IMG/VR virus record: IMGVR_UViG_3300032092_000013
Span: 1 to 64,000 of that record
DNA from: a virus
Reading direction: 5' to 3' (one strand)
DNA: 64,000 nt
Shown here: positions 29,588 to 40,604 of the stretch, one piece after another
Layout of the letters: each line of letters opens with the position of its first letter
Numbering within the stretch: the first letter of the stretch is position 1
The notes under the pieces: generated by a model
Told to the model about the DNA's origin: nothing
Databases searched by the model: none
The model's input: the letters and a program-made list of their open reading frames with translations, nothing else
Position numbers and translations under genes: made by a program

Positions 29588-29978
29588 CTCCAGGTAATAA
29601 TTCCCTTACCTTGCTTTTAATTTCATAAAACTTGTCTGGCGTGGCTGATTCAGTATCAGTGACACTAGCTGCATCAATAATATTTTGTAATTTATCATCT
29701 AATACATCACCTTTAGTTGAATTTAATTCACTAGCAAATGTTTGTTTAATAACACTCATAACATCTCTAATCATGTCTAGAGAATCTTTTACAATTAAAG
29801 AAACTTTTGAATCGACATCTTTTTTTAGATCATCAATTTCATTAGGAGTTGCCGGCTCGGGTTCTACAGGTGGAGGCATTGCTGCATCTGGTTGCATAGG
29901 AGGTTGATTAGATTGTACTGGTAATTCAGCCTCACCATAGAGCCTTAATTTTTCATTTACTAGCTGGGTAAACTTCAT
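29577..29978 (-). CDS. Late hypothetical protein, putative head-internal protein
   Basis: TAAATA 6 nt upstream. MKFTQLVNE...YGE-AE, then a Pro-rich linker. Confidence 0.55.
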   Translation of the reverse strand: MKFTQLVNEKLRLYGEAELPVQSNQPPMQPDAAMPPPVEPEPATPNEIDDLKKDVDSKVSLIVKDSLDMIRDVMSVIKQTFASELNSTKGDVLDDKLQNIIDAASVTDTESATPDKFYEIKSKVRELLPGGEV

Positions 29979-29983
29979 AAAGT

Positions 29984-30487
29984 TTATTTAGCTAATGACA
30001 TTCTCAAATGTTGATCAATATCGATAGATTTTGTAAGTTGATAAAATCCACCTTCTTTGAGAAACTTTTTTATTGTATAAATTTTATTAGTTGTAATGTC
30101 ACAACGTTGCAAGTTTCTTTTAATATCTAAAAGATCAGTAGTTTGTAAATTGTTTATATTATTATAATTAATATAACAAATTTTGAATTTTCGTAATACC
30201 TTATTAATTATAATATCTATATCATTTAAATGGCAACTATCTAATATCTGTAGTTGTAGATTATTATAATTTAATATAATTTTCTCAGCACCCGGATTTT
30301 TAATATATTGTAAAATATTATTAATAATAAAATGTGTAATTAATCGTTTACAGTCACGAGATTTAAAATTAATAATAATATTGTTATTATGGAAATATTT
30401 AAATATATCGAGTTCAGCAATATTAATAATATTAATTAAGTTATATATTTTAATATTATATTCACTATATGTTACACTCTCTATCAT
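29984..30487 (-). CDS. Hypothetical protein (Ile/Asn-rich)
   Basis: 167-aa ORF with TATAAT upstream. Confidence 0.5.
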   Translation of the reverse strand: MIESVTYSEYNIKIYNLINIINIAELDIFKYFHNNNIIINFKSRDCKRLITHFIINNILQYIKNPGAEKIILNYNNLQLQILDSCHLNDIDIIINKVLRKFKICYINYNNINNLQTTDLLDIKRNLQRCDITTNKIYTIKKFLKEGGFYQLTKSIDIDQHLRMSLAK

Positions 30488-30536
30488 CGAACCTCTATTA
30501 TAGTTATCTAGAGGGTCTAATTATCAACCCGGTATT

Positions 30537-30935
30537 TTAAACTTTTCTTTTAATCTTACCAATTCTCAGATTAATTATACCATTATAATAATCATCACAC
30601 ATGAGGACTTCTCTGTCAAATTGTTCTTTTGCTTCATAGTAAGCTAATTCACTTTTACTATCACAGAACCTTAAGATTTGAAATTTAAATTTATCTTTTC
30701 CAAATTTTTCAATATCACTTAATAATTCATTTGAAGAAGACATATATTCTTTCCAATCTGTTTCTATAACAAAATGTCTCTTGTTCTTTTTACCTTTTAA
30801 AGGTTTTAATTTTTTAACAGTTTGCATTTGTTTTTTACCAATATATTTCTTATTAGAGACTGTATTGGTTATTAGATATACAAAACCATATGCAGAAACA
30901 AACGGAATAGTGCTTTCCCAGTGTCCAGTATCCAT
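30537..30935 (-). CDS. Small GIY-YIG nuclease-family protein
   Basis: GFVYLITN..SNKKYIGKK, DWKEYMSSS, YYE..EQF, YYN. Confidence 0.75.
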   Translation of the reverse strand: MDTGHWESTIPFVSAYGFVYLITNTVSNKKYIGKKQMQTVKKLKPLKGKKNKRHFVIETDWKEYMSSSNELLSDIEKFGKDKFKFQILRFCDSKSELAYYEAKEQFDREVLMCDDYYNGIINLRIGKIKRKV

Positions 30936-31144
30936 TATAAGGTCCTTTTAAGGTTTCTTTTCTGGAATCTCATTTTGCGCCTTTTACGCGCTCCTAATGG
31001 CTTAGCTAGTACTGCACTACCGGGATTATAAAAATCTTTATTGCCAACAGCACCACCCATGTTTGTTTCAGAACCGGGTCCTAAAACATCTGCAGACATC
31101 ATCTCCATTAATTGTTTATATAATTCTTCAAAGGACCTTGACAT
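30935..31144 (-). CDS. Small late hypothetical protein
   Basis: TAAATA 10 nt upstream. MSRSFEELYKQLME; Gly-rich middle, basic tail. Confidence 0.55.
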   Translation of the reverse strand: MSRSFEELYKQLMEMMSADVLGPGSETNMGGAVGNKDFYNPGSAVLAKPLGARKRRKMRFQKRNLKRTL

Positions 31145-31170
31145 TAATGATTTTTATTTATCATTATTCA

Positions 31171-31566
31171 ATGGAGTTATTAGATCGTTATATAAAAGAA
31201 ATCGAAGCAGATCTAGTACTAGATGAAATGAACATAAGAGATGTTCAACTTCGATTACCTTCTAAAAAGCATTTTTGGGTAGGCCGTTTAATTAAACACA
31301 AAGTAGAAATCAATGTTTTGCAAAAACAAAAAGAAGAACTTAAAAAAAGTCTCTTAGAAAGAGTAATATCAGATGCACCGGTTGCAATCTCTAAAATCAC
31401 AGCTGAGAAAAGAATTGATGATTTTCAAGAAGTAGCTCTTCTAAATAAAAAAATAAAAGAATTAGAGTATGTTGTGGAACTTCTAGAAAAGGTTGAAAAG
31501 AATTTCAATTCTATGACCTATGATATTAAGAACGTTATTGAAATTCTAAAACTAGAACAGCAATGA
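31171..31566 (+). CDS. uvsY: Recombination mediator UvsY-like
   Basis: IEADLVLDEMNI...LPSKKHFW, coiled coil, YDIKNVIE. Directly upstream of uvsW; likely start ATG 31171. Confidence 0.7.
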   Translation: MELLDRYIKEIEADLVLDEMNIRDVQLRLPSKKHFWVGRLIKHKVEINVLQKQKEELKKSLLERVISDAPVAISKITAEKRIDDFQEVALLNKKIKELEYVVELLEKVEKNFNSMTYDIKNVIEILKLEQQ

Positions 31567-32990
31567 TAGAGATTGATTACAATGTTAAGAAGAAGAAAGG
31601 GATCTTATCTGGAGATCATTTTGAGTTAATCAGAGAACATTTTTCTGTAGAAAATCCGGCGGCAAAATTCATGAGGTATAGTCGTTTCATACCAAAGCGA
31701 TTATATTCTATAACACCGACTGGATTATTTGATATAGGACTGATTAATGAAATAAAACAATTTTTATTTAAAAGCAATTACTCTACAGAAATACATTTAA
31801 CAAAAGCAGCTAAAGATGCTTTATCTCCTAATTTAGTATATCAATTTAAAAATAATTATTTCGAAAAGTTTCCTTTGAGAGACTATCAAGAAGATACAGT
31901 AAAATTATGTTTAGAAAGAGGGAGAGGCGTTGCTGTTTTGGGTACCGGTGCAGGTAAGACACTGACTATGGCTACCTTAGTTCAATCTTGTTGGCACCCT
32001 ACTTTTAAATGTTTAATTATTGTACCTGATTTAGGATTAGTGAATCAAACCTATTCAGACTTTAAAGAATATGGTGTAACTTTTTCTATGACAAAATGGA
32101 CTGGATCTATCGAACTAGACTCAAGCGCAGATATTATTATTGCTAATACCGGTATTATTCAAAGCCGTTTTGAAGATAGTGATTGGATCCAGTATGTCGA
32201 CATGGTTATTGTAGACGAGGTTCATAAAGCTGGTAAAGATACTAAGTTAACCAAAATCCTACAAAAGATAGAAACAAATTGCAAATTTGGATTTACAGGT
32301 ACATTACCTGAATCAAAAATAGATTCATGGAATATTATAGGTAAAATAGGTCCTGTTTTAATTACAAAGAATTCACATGAATTGAGATTAGAAAATTATC
32401 TCACTAATGTAGAGGTAAAAGTATTTGAATTGGATTATAAAACAAAACCAGAAAAGATTGAAGATAAACAATTTGCGACAGAAGAATATGCTGCAGAGAA
32501 TGATTTCATAAAGACAAATCATTATCGAAATAATACCATAAAAACTATTTGTGGTAATTTTAAAAATAATGTGCTGATCATGGTTAACCACATTGATCAC
32601 GGTGAGATTTTAGAATCTATATTGTCAACCTTGACAAACAAGAAGGTATATTTTATACGCGGCGAAGTTGAAGTAGAAGATCGCGATAAAATTAAACATA
32701 TCATGGAAACAGAAAATAATGTGGTTTGCGTTGCCATATCTTCTATTTTCTCCACCGGCGTAAACATCAAAAATATTCATTTAATTATTTTTGCTGCCGG
32801 TGGTAAAAGCTTTATTCGCATTGTACAAAGTATCGGTCGTGGTTTGCGTAAGCATGAGAATAAAGAAAAATTAATCATTATAGACTTAGCTGATCAATTA
32901 AAGTATGGGATGCAACACGGATTAAAGAGACAAACCATTTATAAAGGAGAAAATATTCCATATTCTATCCATAAATTGGCTGAAAAATAG
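31563..32990 (+). CDS. uvsW: UvsW DNA helicase
   Basis: LRDYQ, GTGAGKT, VDEVH, GFTGTL, STGVNIKN, QSIGRGLR. Confidence 0.92.
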   Translation: MIEIDYNVKKKKGILSGDHFELIREHFSVENPAAKFMRYSRFIPKRLYSITPTGLFDIGLINEIKQFLFKSNYSTEIHLTKAAKDALSPNLVYQFKNNYFEKFPLRDYQEDTVKLCLERGRGVAVLGTGAGKTLTMATLVQSCWHPTFKCLIIVPDLGLVNQTYSDFKEYGVTFSMTKWTGSIELDSSADIIIANTGIIQSRFEDSDWIQYVDMVIVDEVHKAGKDTKLTKILQKIETNCKFGFTGTLPESKIDSWNIIGKIGPVLITKNSHELRLENYLTNVEVKVFELDYKTKPEKIEDKQFATEEYAAENDFIKTNHYRNNTIKTICGNFKNNVLIMVNHIDHGEILESILSTLTNKKVYFIRGEVEVEDRDKIKHIMETENNVVCVAISSIFSTGVNIKNIHLIIFAAGGKSFIRIVQSIGRGLRKHENKEKLIIIDLADQLKYGMQHGLKRQTIYKGENIPYSIHKLAEK

Positions 32991-33032
32991 TAGATTATTA
33001 TTTGGAATAACTTATTATTGTCAAAATAGGTT

Positions 33033-33533
33033 ATGGCAACGTTAACGTCTCAAAATAAAAAAGAAACTAAGGCTAAGGTAAAAGCTGTGCCTAAAGTAGG
33101 CAAAGATAAACATTATGTCAATTGTGAAGAATTAAAAACAGCAATTACTGATTATTATAAATCAGATGATTGTTCTGTTTTTTTGTGTGAAGCTCTGAAT
33201 AAAATTGCACAAGGACTTTCATTTTCTCCTTCTTTCATCAATTATTCATATAAAGAAGAGATGATTGGTGATGCAATCGTAAAAATGTTTTCAGCTTTAA
33301 AGAGAAAGAAGTATGATATTAATTCAGAGACATCTCCATTCTCTTATTTTACTACCATTGCTTTCCATGCATTTATTAATCGTATTAAGAAAGAAAAGAA
33401 ACATCATGATGCAATTACTGCCTATCGTGATCAGAAATATGAAGAACTTCTTACTAGTGGCGAAATAAATGTTTATGTAAAACCCGTGATTGACGGGGAT
33501 GGGGATTGCGGGTATAATGACGACAGTGAATAA
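33033..33533 (+). CDS. gp55: Late-transcription sigma factor
   Basis: HYVN..EL, IAQGLS.SPSFINYSYKEEMIGDA, PFSYFTTIAFHAFINRIKKEKK. Confidence 0.92.
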   Translation: MATLTSQNKKETKAKVKAVPKVGKDKHYVNCEELKTAITDYYKSDDCSVFLCEALNKIAQGLSFSPSFINYSYKEEMIGDAIVKMFSALKRKKYDINSETSPFSYFTTIAFHAFINRIKKEKKHHDAITAYRDQKYEELLTSGEINVYVKPVIDGDGDCGYNDDSE

Positions 33534-34578
33534 CTTCTTTAAAAAACAAAAGATTGCTATCTTCTCAGATCTTCACATCGGAGTACACCAAAACTCCCGA
33601 TTTTGGCATAATATAGCAAAAGATTGGGTTGAATGGTACATTAGCAATCTTAAGAAAGAAGAAATTGAAGACGTGGTATTTTGCGGAGACTTCTTCCATA
33701 CACGGGATGAAGTCTCCGTTGATTCTTTGCATTTTGGTTCTTGGGTCTTAGAACAATTCAAAGATTTTAATGTTACCTTAATTACCGGTAACCATGATTG
33801 TTACTTAAAAGACTCTTCTGAAATTAATTCATTATCTCCATTCAGAGGATGGAGAAATGTTACTTTGATTGATACACCCAGAACAGTAGAATCACACGGA
33901 CATTCATTTAACTTTATTCCGTGGGGTACTAAATTAAAAGATTTTCAAAATGCACATATTACTTTCGGCCATTTTGAAATCAATAATTTCAAAACAAATA
34001 ATTATTACATTTGTGATCATGGTGATAATGCTTCTGATGTCTTAGAAAAGAGTGACCTTATTATTACAGGACATTTTCATTTGAGAGATGAAAAGAAATT
34101 TAATAACGGCACTATTCTTTATGTGGGCAATCCATTTCAAATGGACTTTAATGATGCTGCAACTGTTAAAGGATTTTATATTTTAGATGTTTGTGACAAG
34201 TCTTATCGCTTTATAGAAAATACAGTATCTCCATTGCATCATAATATACTCCTTTCAGATCTTGTAAGAAAACAAACAATTACAGAAGAAGTAAAAGAGC
34301 TTTTTAAAGATAATTTAATCAAATTAAAAATTGATAAACGTATTACAGCAGATGATACGGATATTCTTTTAACAAAACTAAAACAATTGAATCCTCTACA
34401 ATTTACTGTAGAATATGATTCATCGTATTCGCCTTATGATATAGCTGAAGATAAAAAAGATTTATCTGGCATTGATGTTCAACAAGCCATTATAGAATTT
34501 ATTGAATTGATGGATATCAATAACAAAAGCGAAATTATTAATTACACATTAGATTTGTATAAAAAGATTCAAAAATGA
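33490..34578 (+). CDS. gp47: Recombination endonuclease subunit (Mre11/SbcD-like)
   Basis: SDLHIG, GDFFH, GNHD, GHFE, GHFH. Confidence 0.92.
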   Translation: MTGMGIAGIMTTVNNFFKKQKIAIFSDLHIGVHQNSRFWHNIAKDWVEWYISNLKKEEIEDVVFCGDFFHTRDEVSVDSLHFGSWVLEQFKDFNVTLITGNHDCYLKDSSEINSLSPFRGWRNVTLIDTPRTVESHGHSFNFIPWGTKLKDFQNAHITFGHFEINNFKTNNYYICDHGDNASDVLEKSDLIITGHFHLRDEKKFNNGTILYVGNPFQMDFNDAATVKGFYILDVCDKSYRFIENTVSPLHHNILLSDLVRKQTITEEVKELFKDNLIKLKIDKRITADDTDILLTKLKQLNPLQFTVEYDSSYSPYDIAEDKKDLSGIDVQQAIIEFIELMDINNKSEIINYTLDLYKKIQK

Positions 34579-36389
34579 AAAAAGTAAATTTTAAAGAGGT
34601 AGAAATTAAAAATTTTCTTTCTATTGGAACTAATCCAGTAAAACTCGAATTCAAACCAGGATTACATATTATTACGGGTATTAATCGTGATAAGATTGAT
34701 CGCAGAAATGGGATCGGCAAAACCTCTGTTATTGAATCTGTTTACTTTGCTATTTTTGGGAGCACCATGAGAGAATTAAAGAAAGATTTAATTCCAAATA
34801 CATATACTAATGGTACATGCGAAGTCAAATTAACTTTTGATGTCATTCAAAATAATGCATCGCACACGTATAAAATTGTAAGAACTTTAAATCCATCTAA
34901 ACTTTCTTTATTTTGTGATGGTAAAGACGTTACACGTGATTCTATTAAGAATACTGAAGAAGAGATTTTCAATGTATTAAATGCATCTCCTTCCATTTTT
35001 GAAAATTGTGTTATTATGACTTTGAATAATACAGTGCCATTCATGGCTAAATCAAAAGTTGAAAAGAGAAAATTTATTGAAGGTATTTTTAATTTAGAAG
35101 TATTTTCTCAGATGCTTTCTCTTCTCAGAGAAGAATTTAGTGATCATAAACGAATATATGAAATTGAATTGACAAAATTTGAAGAAGCACAAAAGACTAG
35201 AGAGAATTTAGAAAATCAAAAACAAACTATTCTTGACACCAGAAAACAAAAAATTTCAACTTATCTTGCTCGTAAAGAAAATAATTCATCCGAGAAAATC
35301 AAATTAATTGAACAATTAGAAGAACATATTGATATTGATGAAAATTCAATTAATGAACAAGTTAAAAAGTTAGAAGAAGGTTTAATTCAATGTGATCAAA
35401 AGATTGAAAAATTCACAGAAGCTAAATCAAAGATTACAACAACTCTAGATCAATTAAATCAAAAATTTAAAATTATTGGTACAAATAAAAACACATGCCC
35501 CGTTTGTCTTAAACCAGTAACGGAACATGATAAAGAAGAGTTAGAAAAAGAAAAAAATAATATTCAAAATGAAATTAATTCATTAAATGAAAAATTATTA
35601 ACATGTGCAGATAACTTAGCTACTCTTAAGAAGAAAAAACCTACTATTAGAACAGCAATTGATAAACTCAATTTAAAGGTTAATGAAATTAAGTTACTAG
35701 AACAAAAGAAAATCAATATTAATGATCGGATTAAACAGTTAGATGAATGGTTAGTTCAACTAGATGATGATATCGAATCTTTGAAATCAAATACAACAGA
35801 TGTTGATGATATTTTAGTTGATATGATCAGCAGAGTAGAAACCGCTAAAGAAATTGTTAATAAACATAAAACACATCTCAACTTGCTCGAAACAATTAAG
35901 TATATCGTTTCTGAAGAAGGTGTTAAATCTTATATTGTCAATAAAATTCTCGCATTGTTTAATTCTATTTTGATGTCTTATTTGCGTAAGATGGATGCTA
36001 ATTGTTCTTGCTTCTTTAATGAATATTTCGAAGAAGAAATCATTAATGAAAAAAATAAGATTTGTTCATATTTTAATTTCTCGGGTGCTGAAAGAAAGAA
36101 TATGGATTTTGCATGCTTATTCACATTCATGGATATGCGTAGATTACAAGGTGACGTTGTTTATAACATTTCTATCTATGATGAATTGTTTGATTCATCG
36201 TTAGATGAAAAGGGCGTAGAATTAGTCACAAACATTTTAAAAGATCGTGTGCATGCACATAATGAATGTGTAATGGTTATTTCACATAGAAAAGAAAGTA
36301 TTCAACATGCTACGGGTGACGTAATTTTTCTAGAAAAGAAAAATGGAGTAACATCAAAGATTGATTATAATCCTTTTTTGGATAATTAA
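34575..36389 (+). CDS. gp46: Recombination ATPase subunit (Rad50/SbcC-like)
   Basis: KNFLSIG, NGIGKT, CPVC zinc hook, FSGAE, DELFDSSLD, ISH. Confidence 0.93.
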   Translation: MKKVNFKEVEIKNFLSIGTNPVKLEFKPGLHIITGINRDKIDRRNGIGKTSVIESVYFAIFGSTMRELKKDLIPNTYTNGTCEVKLTFDVIQNNASHTYKIVRTLNPSKLSLFCDGKDVTRDSIKNTEEEIFNVLNASPSIFENCVIMTLNNTVPFMAKSKVEKRKFIEGIFNLEVFSQMLSLLREEFSDHKRIYEIELTKFEEAQKTRENLENQKQTILDTRKQKISTYLARKENNSSEKIKLIEQLEEHIDIDENSINEQVKKLEEGLIQCDQKIEKFTEAKSKITTTLDQLNQKFKIIGTNKNTCPVCLKPVTEHDKEELEKEKNNIQNEINSLNEKLLTCADNLATLKKKKPTIRTAIDKLNLKVNEIKLLEQKKININDRIKQLDEWLVQLDDDIESLKSNTTDVDDILVDMISRVETAKEIVNKHKTHLNLLETIKYIVSEEGVKSYIVNKILALFNSILMSYLRKMDANCSCFFNEYFEEEIINEKNKICSYFNFSGAERKNMDFACLFTFMDMRRLQGDVVYNISIYDELFDSSLDEKGVELVTNILKDRVHAHNECVMVISHRKESIQHATGDVIFLEKKNGVTSKIDYNPFLDN

Positions 36390-36397
36390 TCTTTAGG

Positions 36398-37594
36398 ATG
36401 TTCACACCGAAAATTAATACCATGCCCATGGGCCTGCAACCAACAGGCCAACCAGCTCAGGCACCACCACCTAAATCAGAACACGCACCCGAAGATCTCA
36501 TGAGGGTCGTTCATTATAATGCAGACCATTCTGGTTGTGGTTTGTGGCGTATGTCTTGGCCAGCCCACCTTATTAATTTCCATAATAAGGCAATGATTAC
36601 TGAATCAACAGTAATGATTACCGATCCCAGATGGTATCAAAATGTAAAGGCTATTCGTGTACAAAGACAAGCTACACCACATCAATTACAATTCGTAAAA
36701 TTTTTGAAGAGTATTCAAAAAGATATTGGATTTAAATTAATCTATGAAGTTGATGATGTTATCTTCCGCGAAGATATTCCAGATTACAATAAATTCAAAA
36801 CAGCTTTCGTAGCAGATGAGATTAGACAAAGTGCAATAGAAATTATTAATCTTTGTGATGAAATGACAGTCACATGTGATTATATGAAAGAACTGTATCG
36901 TGAACGTACAGGTAAAAATGAAATCACAGTGATTCCGAATTTCGTACCAAGATTCTGGATGGGGAATTATTTCAGCGAAGCTAAGGTTTCTAGAAATTAT
37001 GATAAGCATAAGAAGAAGCCTCGTGTACTATATGCTGGTTCCGGAGCACACTTTGATGTAGAAAATCGTGTAGGCCAGAAGGATGATTTCGAACACGTAT
37101 TAAAAGCAGTCATTGATTCACGCAAGAAATATCAATGGGTGTTTATTGGTGCCTTCCCATTAGCGCTTAGGCCTTATATCCAAAATGGAGATATTGAATT
37201 CCATCCATGGCAAAAGTTGTATGAATATCCAAAAAAGATTTCTGATTTAGAAATTCAGATGTCTGTTGCGCCATTACAGAACAATAGCTTTAATAAAGCA
37301 AAGTCTGATCTCAAATATATCGAAGCATGTTGCTATGGAATTCCTGTTGCTTGTCAAGATATGGAAACATATAAAGATGCTGAACTTAAATTTAAGACTG
37401 GTGATGAAATGTTAGATTGTATTGCAAAAGAATTAGGACGTGTAGGCCATTATAAGAATCAGGCTATTCAACGATATAAAGTAGCTGATAATCGTTTCTT
37501 AGAGCACGATCGTAATTTGGATTGTTACATGGAATTGTATAAGTATCCTTATCGCGATCAAAACCGCGTCAATTTGAGACGATATAATCCTTGA
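36398..37594 (+). CDS. GT-B fold glycosyltransferase inside the replication operon
   Basis: SGCGLWRM.WP, YEVDD, VIPNF, YAGSGAH, APLQNNSFNKAKSDLKYIE...GIP. Confidence 0.75.
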   Translation: MFTPKINTMPMGLQPTGQPAQAPPPKSEHAPEDLMRVVHYNADHSGCGLWRMSWPAHLINFHNKAMITESTVMITDPRWYQNVKAIRVQRQATPHQLQFVKFLKSIQKDIGFKLIYEVDDVIFREDIPDYNKFKTAFVADEIRQSAIEIINLCDEMTVTCDYMKELYRERTGKNEITVIPNFVPRFWMGNYFSEAKVSRNYDKHKKKPRVLYAGSGAHFDVENRVGQKDDFEHVLKAVIDSRKKYQWVFIGAFPLALRPYIQNGDIEFHPWQKLYEYPKKISDLEIQMSVAPLQNNSFNKAKSDLKYIEACCYGIPVACQDMETYKDAELKFKTGDEMLDCIAKELGRVGHYKNQAIQRYKVADNRFLEHDRNLDCYMELYKYPYRDQNRVNLRRYNP

Positions 37595-37619
37595 TTATAG
37601 TTGCGATACCTATTATCAT
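37591..37619 (+). promoter_or_regulatory. Sigma70-like early promoter of the DNA polymerase gene
   Basis: TTGATT-17-TATCAT, 6 nt before the ATG. Confidence 0.6.
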
Positions 37620-37625
37620 TTCTCT

Positions 37626-40193
37626 ATGATTGGGTATCGCAACGCTTGTTATAATCCTAAAGATCAAACTGTAGAAATTTACACTTGGTCAGACGATGGG
37701 GATCGTATTTCATACACTACAAAATACCATCCCTATTATTTTTATGAAGACAAAAGAGGGAATGAAGTATCGATTTACAATACGCCATTAGCTAAAAGAT
37801 CATTTAATAATGCATATGAACGGCAAAAGTATATTACCGAATCAGGAATTAGAAGGGTGTATGAACATTTCGGCGCAGTACAACAGGCCCTATTAGATAT
37901 CTTTTGGCAACATAATGAAACAGATGACTTTTCTAAGTTTCCTTTAAAGACATACTTTATTGATATCGAAGCAGTATGCAAAGATCGCTTTCCTGATCCT
38001 ACATTAGCAGATGTGCCTATTAACGTATTGACAATTTATGATTCCTTTTCAAAGAAATTTTATGCATGGGGTTTAAAACCATATAAAGCAAAAAGGAATG
38101 ATGTTGTTTATTATTATTGTAAATCAGAAGAAGACCTTCTAGCTGGTGTTATTGAATTTTTTAAGAATGATCCACCAGATGTATTGTCGGGCTGGAATAG
38201 TGCTGGGTTTGATATTCCATACATTATTAATCGATTGAAGAATATCTTTGGTGAAGCTGGTATGAATGAAATTTCACCAGTAAAGAGAACTTATGTGAGA
38301 ACATTCATTGGTACATTCGGGAAGACACAAGCAAGCTATCATATCGATGGTATTTCATGTGTAGACTACTTGGATGTATATAAGAGATTCTCTTTTGCTA
38401 ATAGAGAAAGTTATAAATTAGATAGCATTGGTGAATTAGAATTAGGTGAAAAGAAAGTTGCTATCGAAAAGGATTTGTATGATGTCATGGTAGATGATTG
38501 GGATACGTTTATTGATTATAACATTCAGGACGTAAACATTTTGGTTAAGCTTGAAGAGAAACTACAATTCCTTTCATTGATTCGAATGATTTCATATATT
38601 GGTTGTACAACATTTGAAGGTGCATTGGGTACGTTGGGTATTATCACAGGCGCAGCTGCTATTAGAGCAAGAAAGAAAGGACAACGCATTTCTACTTTCA
38701 TCAGAAAAGAAGATGATGGTTCGAGGAATCCTGGGGCATATGTAGCAGAACCATTAAATGGATTTCAGGAAGATATTGTATCGTTTGATGCTAACTCACT
38801 ATATCCTAACTTAATGATTTCATTGAACATGTCTCCAGAGACAAAAGTCGGCAAGATTATTGAAACAACAGATGAAGATGTAACAGTACAACATGTCAAT
38901 GGCCAAGTCTTTAAATTGTCAAAACCAAAATTTGCACAATTTATTAAGAAAGAAGATGTGGCTATTAGTAAAGCAAAAGTCCTTTTTACGCAAAAGAATA
39001 AAGGAATTGTACCAGAGATGGTTGATTTTTATTATCAAAAAAGAAAGGTTATTCAAACAGAACTCAAAAAATATAAGAAAGAATATTCAAATAAAGAATT
39101 ACCATCTGATAGAAAATTATTTTTAGAAACAAAAATCACACAGCTTAACGCAAAGCAACAAAGTATAAAAATCTTTATCAATAGTTGTTACGGTTATTTC
39201 GGCAATAAACACGCACCTATTGGAGATGATGATATTGCTTCATCAATTACATTGACTGGACAAGCCGTTATTAAACAAGCAAGAGAAATTGCAAAGAAAT
39301 ATATCTCAAAACATAGTAATATTACTGATCAAAAAACATTAGAAACTGTAGCAATTTATGGTGATACTGACAGTGTTTATCTTTCATTAAAGCTGCTTCC
39401 AATTGATTTTAGTAGTAATGGTAAAATAACAAAAGAAGGATTTGAACACGCAGAAGGTTTAGAAAATTCATTGAATGATGAGATTCAAATTTGGGCTAAA
39501 TCAACATTAAATTCAAAAGATTGTCGATTGGCATTTAAGAGAGAAGCGATGGCAGATGTCGGGCTTTTTTTAGAAAAGAAGCGCTATGTATTGCATGTAT
39601 TAGATGATGAAGGTATTCCGTGCGATAAATGGAAATATACTGGTGTAGATGTAGTAAGAACAACAATGCCTAAGAATGTTAAACCATATGTAAAGAAGAT
39701 CATTGAGACTATGTTGACTACTAAGTCTTGTGCTAAGACAAATGAAGTGTTAAAAGAAGCATACGATGTATTCCAAGCATTACCTATTGAAGACGTATCA
39801 AGAACAAGTGGGATTCGTGGTTATGAAAAATATGCGAATATGTGCCATGACTTTAAAGTGAGTAAAGGAATGCCTAATCATGTAAAGGCTGCTTATTTTC
39901 ATAACATTATTTTGGATAAATTAAACCTTTCAGGAAAACATGAGAAGATTGCTTCCGGTGATAAGATCAAATACTTTTATGTACAACAACCAAATAAGTA
40001 TGGAATTAATTGTATTGGATTTAAGTATGTTTTTCCTGAAGAGTTTAAATCAATATTTTTACCTGATAGAGAATTATTATTTGAAAAGATTGTATATGCA
40101 GCAGTAGAACGTTTTTATCAATGTGTTAATTGGACACCAAGAAAACCCAGCGAACAAGTTCTCTTTGAATTGGATGATCTATTTGGTGAATAA
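37626..40193 (+). CDS. gp43: Family B DNA polymerase
   Basis: DIE and GWNS.GFDIPY exonuclease motifs, SFDANSLYP, KIFINSCYG, YGDTDS, KKRY. Confidence 0.97.
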   Translation: MIGYRNACYNPKDQTVEIYTWSDDGDRISYTTKYHPYYFYEDKRGNEVSIYNTPLAKRSFNNAYERQKYITESGIRRVYEHFGAVQQALLDIFWQHNETDDFSKFPLKTYFIDIEAVCKDRFPDPTLADVPINVLTIYDSFSKKFYAWGLKPYKAKRNDVVYYYCKSEEDLLAGVIEFFKNDPPDVLSGWNSAGFDIPYIINRLKNIFGEAGMNEISPVKRTYVRTFIGTFGKTQASYHIDGISCVDYLDVYKRFSFANRESYKLDSIGELELGEKKVAIEKDLYDVMVDDWDTFIDYNIQDVNILVKLEEKLQFLSLIRMISYIGCTTFEGALGTLGIITGAAAIRARKKGQRISTFIRKEDDGSRNPGAYVAEPLNGFQEDIVSFDANSLYPNLMISLNMSPETKVGKIIETTDEDVTVQHVNGQVFKLSKPKFAQFIKKEDVAISKAKVLFTQKNKGIVPEMVDFYYQKRKVIQTELKKYKKEYSNKELPSDRKLFLETKITQLNAKQQSIKIFINSCYGYFGNKHAPIGDDDIASSITLTGQAVIKQAREIAKKYISKHSNITDQKTLETVAIYGDTDSVYLSLKLLPIDFSSNGKITKEGFEHAEGLENSLNDEIQIWAKSTLNSKDCRLAFKREAMADVGLFLEKKRYVLHVLDDEGIPCDKWKYTGVDVVRTTMPKNVKPYVKKIIETMLTTKSCAKTNEVLKEAYDVFQALPIEDVSRTSGIRGYEKYANMCHDFKVSKGMPNHVKAAYFHNIILDKLNLSGKHEKIASGDKIKYFYVQQPNKYGINCIGFKYVFPEEFKSIFLPDRELLFEKIVYAAVERFYQCVNWTPRKPSEQVLFELDDLFGE

Positions 40194-40232
40194 AGGGTTG
40201 ACAAATATTGCAATATTACTAATATATTAAAG

Positions 40233-40580
40233 ATGTCACAACTAATTTTTATTGACCAAATCGGAAGAACCATTATCGGTGAAGAACTTTCACGTGATGG
40301 TGGTCGTCTACAAGTGAAGAATCCTTGTATGATTAATGTAAATCAATTGCAAAATGGGCAATTGCAAGTTCAATTATTTCCACTTTTCTTTCCTGAATTT
40401 CTTTCAGAAGCCAATCGTAGCAGCGGTTCTGTTTTTGAATTTAATCTTGCTAATCTTGCATTAGGTGTAGGTGTAGAAGTAGACGGGCGTTTAGTAGAAC
40501 AATATACTCGTATTTGTAATCCACCGCCTGTTGCTCAAACATCTGACGAACCACCCGTCATTAAGTTGTTTGATGAATAA
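40233..40580 (+). CDS. Hypothetical protein (beta-rich, possibly Sm-like)
   Basis: TTGACA at 40198 and a TAATAT box upstream; followed by a terminator. Confidence 0.6.
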   Translation: MSQLIFIDQIGRTIIGEELSRDGGRLQVKNPCMINVNQLQNGQLQVQLFPLFFPEFLSEANRSSGSVFEFNLANLALGVGVEVDGRLVEQYTRICNPPPVAQTSDEPPVIKLFDE

Positions 40581-40604
40581 TTTTGTTTGCTGAGTGTTGT
40601 GTGT

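Noticed and set aside
30537-30935. Mobile homing endonuclease or intron
   Set aside because: It has only a catalytic-size GIY-YIG domain, no DNA-binding extension and no interrupted host gene.
37626-40193. Inteins or introns in the polymerase (also checked in gp41, gp17 and UvsX)
   Set aside because: Lengths are normal and motifs contiguous; no intein-like insertions were seen.
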